A DNA stretch of 61,749 nt, the filler included, from Nemertoderma westbladi (lineage: Eukaryota > Animalia > Xenacoelomorpha), in NCBI GenBank assembly GCA_032718475.1. It is 4 parts of 4 records of this genome, joined end to end, with 100 filler letters (N's around TTAATTAATTAA, not from the genome) between each part and the next. Parts side by side here need not be neighbours in the genome. Positions count along the whole stretch, not along the records: positions 1 to 18,810 come from JAUCBJ010004283.1; positions 18,911 to 35,820 come from JAUCBJ010005764.1; 2 more parts are not named here. The stretch is one strand, 5' to 3'. Positions within the stretch are counted from its first letter, which is position 1; every line of letters starts with the position of its first letter. The notes under the pieces were generated by a model, which was given only the letters and a program-made list of their open reading frames with translations, was not told the DNA's origin and made no database searches. Positions 13,914 through 23,365 of this stretch are shown piece after piece. The translations under genes and the position numbers were made by a program.

Positions 13914-14896
13914 AAAGACCGCGTCAAAAAAGTAATTTCGAGTAAAACGCAAATTAACTCTTTGCCTTCAGATTTTAGGTTTAAAATGTCCGTAAATCAC
14001 TTATTTTCTTATAACTCTACGCAATTGGGGCGATAAAATTTTTTTCGTGAATATTTTTCACTTTCCATTAATATTTTGACTTCAGGGGTGTTTTTGCATT
14101 GTACAACATTCGATACAACGCAAAAAAAATCTCACCTTGACAAAGCACCGTTTACAAACAAGTCTGTCCGTTACGGTGTTTTTCATTGTGTAAATTTGAT
14201 GCATTAATTAAGGGGAGCAACCCCCCAGAGGTTTTTAATTTGTAAATAAAATATTATAAAATCTTATGAAGTGAAAAAACTGCCCGAAATTTATCAAAGC
14301 TTATGAAATTACCTATCATATAAAGTGAACATTACAAAAAAAACGGTTACGAAATGGCAGAGTAGTGTTTTTTTTGCGTGATAAAATTTAATTCCTTCAA
14401 AGTTTAAATCTTCCCGCTCAAAAATATATGCCTATGGTCTGGTTGTTAATAATGTCTAGCTTGAAGGAAGCGTACCACGTAAATTTTCGAGGTCCGTGAT
14501 TTCATTTCCAAGGTCGAATTTTATGTCCGGTTAAATCTAGTATATCTGAATATTTGTCTCTCTGAATATTATTTGGCTCTGGCTGTCTGTCTAACTTTCA
14601 TTTCGACCGGTCATAGAAAGACAGTGATGATTCGAAAACTAAAAGGGATCTCGCTAAGCCGTTTGTGCCTGCGTGTTCGTTTTTAAAAAATCGCGCATAC
14701 AGACAGGTTTTCAAAAATCCTGGCCGTACACTGCTGGCGCAGCGCGCCTGCATTATCAAATTCGCGCCATAATAAAATATCGAGTCTGTCGTAATGTTTC
14801 ATTCAAATTTAAAGTGGCGGCCAAAAGTCTAATTAAAAATTAAAAGTTTAGTCATAGGTTTACCTTAAAGCAATTGCAATGTCTATTAATTACTAT

Positions 14897-15132
14897 TAAC
14901 CCTTAATAAAATGTTTAACCCTTAATAAACTGGTTAACCCATAATAAAGTGGTTTACCATTAACAAAGTGGTAACTATTAACAAAGTGGTAACCCTTAAT
15001 AAAGTGGTCAACCCTTAATAAAGTGGTCAACCTTTAATAAAGTGGTTAACCTTTAATAAAGTGGTTAACCCTTAACAAAGTGGTAACCCATAATAAAGTG
15101 GTAACCCTTAATAAAGTGGTTAACCCTTAATG
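14897..15132. repeat. Minisatellite, 18-19-bp unit GGT(T)AACCCTTAATAAAGT, ~12 copies
   Basis: Tandem repetition seen directly. Confidence 0.9.
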
Positions 15133-16469
15133 AAGTCAGATTAATCAAGATTCCAAATATGAAAACCGTTTAACAAGATATGTCTTACTTCTGGGATATG
15201 GCTGTCAGTCCGTTTTACTGTCGGTCTGTCCGTCAGTATTTCTCACAAACAATAGAAAACATACTACAGTATATGTCTAAAAAAATTTATTATATGGGTT
15301 ATCTTGGTCCGTGACTTCATTTCTGGATGTCAGTTTCCAAATTTGGCCTTGTCTTTTCTGTCTGTCAGTCTGTCCGTCAAAATTAACCGACAGCCTGACA
15401 GGCAATTAGGAAGTCATCAACTGTGTGACACTCGAAATGGATTCTGCGACCAGGAAAACCCCTATAACGAAACTTTTAGTTAGATGGTGTGCTCTTTTCT
15501 TATATTTAACGGAGAGAATGTCGGATAGTCAGAAAGACAGACTGACATACAAACAGACTATCTAGATTTCATTAAAATTGAAAACTGACCTCAGAAATGA
15601 AATCAGCGACGAGGAAAATCCCCATAGCAATAATCTTAGTATGAATTTGTGGTTTGGTGTTGCTATATATATATATATTGACAGACATTCTCATACAGTA
15701 TATTAACAGATAATTTTTGCGCGGGAAGTTTCAAACTTTAAAGGCAATTATCACGGAATGGTATTTTTTCATTTTTAAAACACTACTCCTCCGCCATTTT
15801 TCAATCAATTTGCAAGTTTTTGATATCAAAAGAATGCTACTAGTGTGCGCAATAATAAAATTCGAGCAGTTTTTTTTAGTTTCTGGAATTGTTTATCTGT
15901 TATAACACTTTTTACGAAAAAATATAGTGCTTTTTTTTGAAAATTTGAATTTTTTTTTAAAAATAGCGGTATTTTCCCTTAAAAAATGCGAAACAAAAAT
16001 TGTGCTCAAATTTTTTCACGTAATCGGCCATGCTGATTCCAAAAAAAAATGGTTACAACTTCTGAAAGTAAAGCATAACGAAGAGGAGTAACATTTTAAG
16101 TCAAAAATGAAAATTTTGGCTCTGGCCGCTAAGGGGTCTCAAATTTTTTTTTAATATATTACAATTCAATATAGTTCCACCCAAAATGTATCTTACACTT
16201 TTTTTCTACTTAATCGCTCTTTGGTGCGGTAAGGATTTCAAAATGTTGACTTCCAAGCCAGTAACCGCCCCCCCCCCCCCCCCCACTTAGCAATAATGAA
16301 TGCCCTAAACTCGGCATGCCTCAACCTGAGTAAACTTATGGGACATTACAGTTTTTCCAAAATGGCTCTCTAAATTTTGACGTAGCTAGATACAACACAA
16401 AGATATCTCTCAGATAGGTAGACCAGTCTACCTCTAGTATCTCTCAGATACAACACAATGCAGAACAGA

Positions 16470-16620
16470 ATTGGATGTGATGATCTAAATCTGTATCAGT
16501 TCGCATTTTCTGATAAAAAAAATCTGATTTAGGAGTTTCTTGCCCATTTTGCTCACGCAATTTATACTCCCAGATTAAAGACCAAAAATTGGCAATTTAT
16601 TTGGTTCACAGGAATTATAC
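16470..16620. repeat. Dispersed repeat fragment; inverted copy at ~29640-29800
   Basis: GATGTGATGATCTAAATCTGTATCAGTTCGCATTTTCTGATAAAA matches the reverse complement of ~29752-29800, and the similarity continues through CTCACGCAATTTAT. Confidence 0.7.
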
Positions 16621-16667
16621 AGGGATATTAACAGTTTGGCACCTGAATTGTAATTTTAATGACCAAA

Positions 16668-17268
16668 TGTGAAGGGATCAAGGGATCCCGACCGGGTTGT
16701 TGTTCGTACGCGTCACCGCAGGCTAGGAAGTTGCTAGTTGGCCGAGGCCGTTAGATAAAATTGGATTAAGTTTGGTGTTGTTGTCCGACGGTATAATAAT
16801 ATAATAAAATTGAGTGACCGGTAAGCAATAACGGCAGCAGTAGTCTGACAGTAGATAATGGCGACGGTGACGGTGGAACAATATCGCCCGTCTGCACTGA
16901 AAACAATAACTGAATAAATGCAACATAATAATATATATGTGATTATTACTCCTACATTACTGTGGCCTTTGTCCAGTGGATGCTTTCCCCCGCTCCTATT
17001 GGCTGATAACCTACCTCACGCATCTCACCTCTGTGGGAGTGCTCCCCCCCCCCCCCCCCCCCGCTGTTGTTGGCCCTTGTTGGTTATTCTTCCTCTCGAG
17101 GTGGTTTGACCTCTAACCTCCCTTTGTGTGGCTTTTGGGGCTTGTGTTATCCCCGTTATTGGGTGTGATACGAGATTGGTTGTTATCAATCTCGTATCTC
17201 CAATATTGCTGAAAAGGCGCCACTTCCCATTTTATGAGGGTAATGAGGCGGAATTGAATCCGCTCACA
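16668..17268 (-). mobile_element. Solo LTR (601 bp) with 5-bp target-site duplication CCAAA
   Basis: TGT...ACA termini and CCAAA at 16663-16667 and 17269-17273. The minus-strand start TGTGAGCGGATTCAATTCC nearly equals the start of the LTR at 34497 (TGTAAGCGGATTCAATTCC), and the 3' ends are also similar. Confidence 0.88.
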
Positions 17269-17716
17269 CCAAATGAGCCCGTAATCACAATAATAAGATT
17301 TAAAATATGTCCCATAAGTGACGCAATTTTAAAAAAATTCGTTGCAGCTTTTTTATACCAAACTGTGGTTACATTCTATTATCACAGCACGAAGGGACAG
17401 ATTATAGTTATAGTGTATTTGGCAATCAAATTATCAAAGCAATCCTGACATTTATAATTTTTTGGTCAGTACGTGACTTGGTAAATATGGTTGGCATTGA
17501 CCCATATTGATTATAATTCTACCTAATTGACACCTTTAAACATAAATTTATCTATGTGCTGCGTAAATGCCCCACTTCCTGAATGACTTGTGTACATACG
17601 GTAAACAAACCCTGTTTGGGTTTCATATTTTAAATAAATAAATTGGAGTTGAGCTGTTAATGCAACTGTTAATGTAATATAAGTGGATTAGGTGGGATGT
17701 GAATGTCAGGGACAAG

Positions 17717-17811
17717 TGGCTGAACTGGTTAGCGCTACTGATGAGGCCTGATAGGCTGAAACGTACGTATAGCGCTAGTTCAACCCCCGGTGACGCGCTT
17801 TCTCATTTTTT
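17717..17811 (+). promoter_or_regulatory. Putative tRNA-type (type 2) Pol III promoter boxes and terminator flanking the hammerhead
   Basis: A-box-like TGGCTGAACTGG (17717-28), B-box-like AGTTCAACCCC (17777-87) about 49 nt downstream, and a T6 run at 17806-11. Confidence 0.5.
17730..17777 (+). ncRNA. Minimal type I hammerhead ribozyme
   Basis: Stem I is TAGCGCTA (17730-37)/TAGCGCTA (17770-77). Core CTGATGA (17738-44), stem II GGCCT-gat-AGGCT, then GAAA (17758-61). Stem III is short and palindromic (AC-GTAC-GT). The cleavage triplet is GUA, with cleavage predicted after 17769. Confidence 0.85.
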
Positions 17812-17909
17812 CCATTTCTGAACAAAACCATAATTTATTACATTCATATTTTAAAGCTCTCGTCAATCCTTGAATGCCAAATTCCCATAATGAAAACTCC
17901 AACCCTAAT

Positions 17910-18810
17910 TACTACTACTACTAGGTCGAGCGAACTCGGACAGTGGAAATGAGATCCTTCCAGGCTTCCCGATTCTCCATAGTTGTCGCAATTTCGTTTC
18001 TCCCAAGTTCAGTATCCCTTTCAAGTTGATCTATATATGTTATGGCCGGTCGTCCACTACTACGCTTTCCATGAGTTGGTTGCCAGAGAAGTAGATCTGG
18101 TATGACCTCGTCTTTACTTCGCCAGCAGTGCCCACTGAATCTTAATCTGCGTTCACGGAGGGTGGTTGATACAGGTGGTATTGTACCATAAAGCTCGGCG
18201 TTTGTCATGTGTTGTCTCCAGCTGATGTTTAGGGCTGCCCTTAGTAGTCTTGTGTAGCAACCATCAATTCGTTGTTCAAGCGATTTAGTCAGTGTCCAGG
18301 TCTCACCCCCGTATAAAAATACACTTTCCACTGTGGCTCGAAAGAACTTAGTCTTCAGGTGCCTGGAGAGATCTGATTTCCAGATGGTATCCATTTTTGA
18401 TAGAGCTACCCAAGCCTTTGCTTTCCTAACTTCTATGTCCTTTTTGCTACTCTCTATCCATGATCCTAGGTACTGGAAGTCATCGCGACCTTCCTTAGTT
18501 GATTATTATCAATGGTTGTCAAGTTTCCATCAACATTAAAGGTCATGAATTATGGTCTTGGTAGCATTTATATGCAATCCAACCTCCTTAGCAGCCCTCT
18601 CCACTTTATTTAGTAGAAGCTGTGCATCTGCTAGCGTATTAGAGAGCAGGGCGATGTCATCCGCAAAGTCGGTGTCTGTGACTGTAGTTGCCGGATATCT
18701 ACTACTTCTGCGTTCTTGAAGTGTGAATCCCAGATCTTCACCCTTTGTGGCCGTCCTCATTGCGTAATCTAGCACAATTACAAATAGTAATGGTGCTAAT
18801 GTGTCACCTT
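17910..18810 (-). mobile_element. RTE-clade LINE, 3' portion of RT ORF (frameshifted), running into the assembly gap
   Basis: RT motif TDTDFADDIALL (18536-18775) and FFRATVESVFLYGGETWTLT...RRLRFSGHCWR (17921-18394). The stop codon runs directly into a (TAG)n tail at ~17910-17923. Confidence 0.9.
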
Positions 18811-18910
18811 NNNNNNNNNNNNNNNNNNNNNNNNNNNNNNNNNNNNNNNNNNNNTTAATTAATTAANNNNNNNNNNNNNNNNNNNNNNNNNNNNNNNNNN
18901 NNNNNNNNNN
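18811..18910. other. Assembly gap/linker (also 35821-35920 and 49575-49674)
   Basis: 100-nt N blocks, each containing TTAATTAATTAA, a six-frame stop linker. Confidence 0.97.
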
Positions 18911-19074
18911 TTCAATTAATAATGATAATCATTAATTTTGATAAAATTATATATAAGTTTATGGAAATTTCTTACTTGGAAATAAACTATATTCAAATTA
19001 TATGTTTATTTACAATAGGAAACAAAAAACAAAATATAATATATTTATATTTATTTCAAATAATTTTAGGAAAT

Positions 19075-20490
19075 TATTAATTAAATTAATACCCCAGTTC
19101 TGTGAAGCGCTGGGTTGATGTAATGTAGATTTCTAGTGCCTCTGAAATAGCTCTGAGTATGTCCAGGTCCTATCCTTGCGGTCCATAAAGTAAGTTGTGT
19201 AGAGTATAGTTGATGTTAAGGCTGGAAAGTACGGTAGTCAGTGCTATCCTGTGGGAGTCGTGTGGAGATAAGCCAATAATTAAGCCACCATTAAGTAGTG
19301 GTAGGCGTCCTCACGTTGTTGGTGTCCACAAGCGCAAGTGGAGTCTGTGGCTATGTGGTTACGGTACATGTCATATTTTAGTACGCTGCAGTTGCGACGT
19401 GTAGTCGCCCTACTAGCCCATTGATAGCAACAGATCCTAACATGATATATGGGTTTAATTTATTAACTTTATATCTGCCCTCCGTCAGTAAGATTTTCTT
19501 AAATATTTTTAGCGTTTCTGACTCAGTTACCTCATATGGAAGACAATTCCATAGATTCAACAGTTGAGCTTACAAACGAATTATTTACACATTCTGTGCG
19601 TGTTATCGGTAGTCTGTCTTTATTCGTATGTCTCAAATTATAAGGGTTGGCTTGATCAATACGCGGTGGAATGATTTCAGTTAGGTGATGTGGTAGGTGT
19701 CCTTTAGATCCCTTGTAAAAAATACTCAGTTTAATTAAATCACGGCGGTCCTGTGGTGTTTGTAAGCCGGATTCAGCGTACAGGTCCTCAGTGCGGCACG
19801 ATATTGTAAGTTTACATATAATTCTAATGGCCTCTTTATTTATTAGTTCAAGTCTTTCTTTTAGATATTGTGTACAACCATCCCATACGGGACAAGCATA
19901 TTCGAGAATAGGCAGCACAAAGGAGGTGTAGCACTGAAAGAGCACTTTTGCTAAGCTTGTATTTATCAGCTCGCAGAAGGTTAAGTCTAGTCTTTGCTTT
20001 GTCAATAATGTTATTAATGTGGGAGTTCCATTTTTAATTACGTGGTGCAGTATATATTTACTGACAATCCTTTCGAATAATTTTCCTAAGGCGCTTGTTA
20101 GAGAAATAGGCCTGTAATTACAGCAGTATATGTTGGGGCCCTTTTTATAAACAGGTGTGACACATCTTTTTTTTATAGTTATTACATATTAAATGTGGGA
20201 AAATATCAAAGGATCTGTGTGCATCGAATAATCAAACTTATAATATTAATAATAATAAAACTTCGTATATTTCCGGTACTCATATATAGGTAAAATACGA
20301 GGCAGCACCGCACATTGAAGTACTTTAGCTGATAATAGAGGAAATACGTGTCAAAGTTCCACAGCAGGGTCAGGCCCGCCGAACTACAGTACACAATACT
20401 ACAGTAGACCGGGAAATAACTACTGTACGACTCGGACAGGGACACAGAATCAACAGTTCTCGCTTGCGCCACTCCAGATCATGTTGATTT
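19075..20490 (-). mobile_element. CR1/L2-group LINE remnant with an internal deletion of the RT core
   Basis: VTPVYKKG...NYRPISLTSALGKLFERIV (~20050-20160) joins directly to the post-catalytic KWNSHINNII...TSFVLPILEYACPVWD region (19532-20035). The outer boundaries are approximate. Confidence 0.75.
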
Positions 20491-20549
20491 AATTAATTTC
20501 CTCATATCGATTGTAGTGAGTTAAATTTTTATTTGAATGATTTTCTTAT

Positions 20550-23350
20550 AATGTTTATGTTCGGTAAGTTGCTTTGTAAGTGTTTCAAGTTGGTTCCAAA
20601 TTTTAATTAATTCTATCATGATACTGGTGTGGCCATAATTGTTATTTGTTTTTGGTAATTTTATATTTCCCGTTCGATTATTTTGTATTTTTTCATTATA
20701 TTTTTTATTTAGAAGGTATGGTAATTGAGTGTAGCAAAAGGCAAGGATAGGTTGTTAATGTATCGGTAGAAGAAATTAAGCCCTGTATATTGTCGTAGTG
20801 AGTATAGATTAGGTAGCTTAGCTAGTGTACGTAATTGGGTGCCCGTCATATCTCTTATTGGTTTACTGAAGACAACTCGTAACCCGTGTTTATTATGTAA
20901 TGGTAATAGTAAATTGCTACAGTAGTTGTGATAAGGTAGAACAGTTGCTTTAAATATATTGAGTTTTGTTTTAACTGTAAGTTGGCCTTTAATCCTACGT
21001 AGACAAGAAATTGCATAACTCAATTTGTTTGAAGTTGATGTAATTTGTTCTTTCCAATCCAGTTATTGTTGATCAAGACACCTAGATATTTTATTGTAGA
21101 CGATTGTTCTAATTCAATAGTATTTAATTGTATTCTGTTAGTTTCCGATGTGCTCATTTTTGGTGAAATTGGCATGAATTCTGTCTTTTTTGTATTCAAA
21201 TAAAGGTGCATTTTAGAGAATATGTTTTCTAGATCATCTATTTGGTGTGCCAGTGTTTCTGTAGCAATTTTAGCGTCTGTATGTGAGTAAAATATTAGTG
21301 TATCGTTTGCAGTTGCAATTAACTTATAACAGAACTAATATAGGCCCGAGCTGTGTCCCCTGCGGAATGCCCCTATTTAGAATTTCCCAGTCTGATGTGG
21401 TCCCGTTTAATTTTACCCTTTGTGGTCTGTCTTTTAGAAAGTTTTTAATTAGAGTTATTGCAGTATTGTCTAATCCTAATGTTGCTCATTTATTTAGTAG
21501 TGTGACATGGTCTAATGAATTGAAGGCTTTGGCTAAATCTAGTGCTGCTACTGCTACACCCCTACGTATTTATTGTTACCGGTATCTAATTGTACTTTCC
21601 ATGTTTCAGTTGTATATACTATTGCATCAGAGGCTGAGAATCCTTTCCTAAAAAAACCAAACTGTTTTTTATTTATTAGCTTATTAGAGTTTATAAATGA
21701 CATTAGTTGAATAAGTATTATTTTTTCGAATATTTTTTCTATTGTAGACGTTACAGATATCGGGCGATAGTTTTCTGGGTCAAGAACATCACCTTTTTTA
21801 AAGACTGGTGTTATTTCAGTTAATTTTAGGTTTTCTGGAAATTCTGACATTGTAAGACATTGGTTAATTATATGAGTTAACGGAGAAACAAGTTGGAGTC
21901 TAATAAATTTTATTATTTTAGGTGGAATAGTAGATGGTCTATTTGGTTTATTTCTGTTTAGTTTATCAAGTACATCCAGCATATCTAACTGTGTGATATT
22001 TGAAAATGTGAATGGTGTTGGGTTTGTGTTTTTATTTTGGGTTATGTTTATGGTATTATCATTTGTTTTTGTTGTCTTAGAGTTTGCCTTTTGTAATAGT
22101 CCTTTGTCATGTCTGATGCCAGCCGTAGTACATAATTTTAAATATACCTTATTAAATATATTAGCGATTACTTTACTATTAGATTGGATTATACTATTGC
22201 CATCGCGAATGCGTTGTACGTAGCCAGAATTTTTGTGTTTATTAATGATAGCATTTCTTATGTTCCATCTTGACTTCGCATTGTTATTGTTCTGGAATTT
22301 ATTTTTCATGTATTTATTTTTTAGGAAGCTGTTCAAGTGTTAGATTTATTTCTCGCCATTTTAAATTTTTTTTACATCTGTTTCTAATTTTGTTGCTCGC
22401 CATATATGAAGTTTTTTCAGTTTGTCTTTCGTAAGCTCGTTGAGTTCATTAGTCAACCATGCTGGATTATGGCTGGGTTTTTTATTTTCATTAATTAATA
22501 TTGTTTTAAAAGGGGCATGCTTATCAAGTGTTAACTCGATTTGCCTCTCTACATAGTTAAGGTTAAAAGTTCACATCTACGCTATTATATATTGGTTTAC
22601 ACTCAATTTTTGCAATATCTTTGATAAAATTAGTATTAGAAAATCCTTTGAAGTCCCTATATGTGTGTCTTTTCTTTTCGTTTGTTTTTTTCACGAGTGT
22701 TGTAGTCTATATTTGCAATTACATCTTCATAGTCAGAGAAGTTACAGTAAAGTATTGTAGTATCATTAATATTTGTTTCATTACTTTTAGTTGTTATAAT
22801 AAGGTCTAGTAGTGAATTCTTGGTTGTTCCATACCGTGTAGGGACTGTTTTATTTAATATTACTAGGTTATATTTGTTGGTGAGATCATTAAATTCTGTT
22901 GTGTATTTGTCATTGGTGTTTAGAATGTCAATATTGAAGTCACCCCCTATTAATATTTCAGTCTTTGGGTAATCGCTATAATCCGGTATAAAATCCTTTG
23001 AGTTGGGAGAGGTGGGTGGGTTGTAGACAATGTTAACTAAGTATTTGCTAACTACTTCTACCCATCCAGATTCATAGCGGACTTTGTTATTATTTAATAG
23101 ATCTGGACGTGGTTTAAGAGTCATATTATCGGGAACATAAAGTAATACTCCTCCACCCTTTTTTCGTTTCCTATCTTGTCGATAAAGAGTATAGCCCTGT
23201 AAATTTACGGACCGATTTGAGTGCTTCCTTTTTAACCAAGTCTCAGTAATTCCCACTATTAAATTGGTTGTAATGCCCGATAATATGTCTTTAAATTCAT
23301 CATAGTTTTTAACGAAACTGCGAGAGTTAAGGATCATACTGTGAAATATT
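20550..23350 (-). mobile_element. Degenerate CR1/L2-group LINE ORF2 (APE endonuclease + RT) with multiple frameshifts
   Basis: APE motifs GITETWL, RQDRKRKKGGGV, IGGDFN and SLLDLI (22657-23345). RT motifs ITPVFKKGD..NYRPISV and KQFGF (21554-22336), LDLAKAF and GIPQGTQLGP (~21340-21545), and IKYLGV. Confidence 0.9.
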
Positions 23351-23365
23351 TGATACCAAATCGGA

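Noticed and set aside
14208-14868. Kolobok-like element (TTAA-GG...CC-TTAA)
   Set aside because: The termini do not form a convincing inverted repeat beyond 2 bp.
17709-17800. A genuine tRNA gene
   Set aside because: There is no anticodon arm or proper acceptor/T stem; only box-like motifs remain around the hammerhead.
18855-18866. TTAATTAATTAA palindrome occurring three times within N runs
   Set aside because: Artificial contig linker. Adjacency across these gaps is not trusted.
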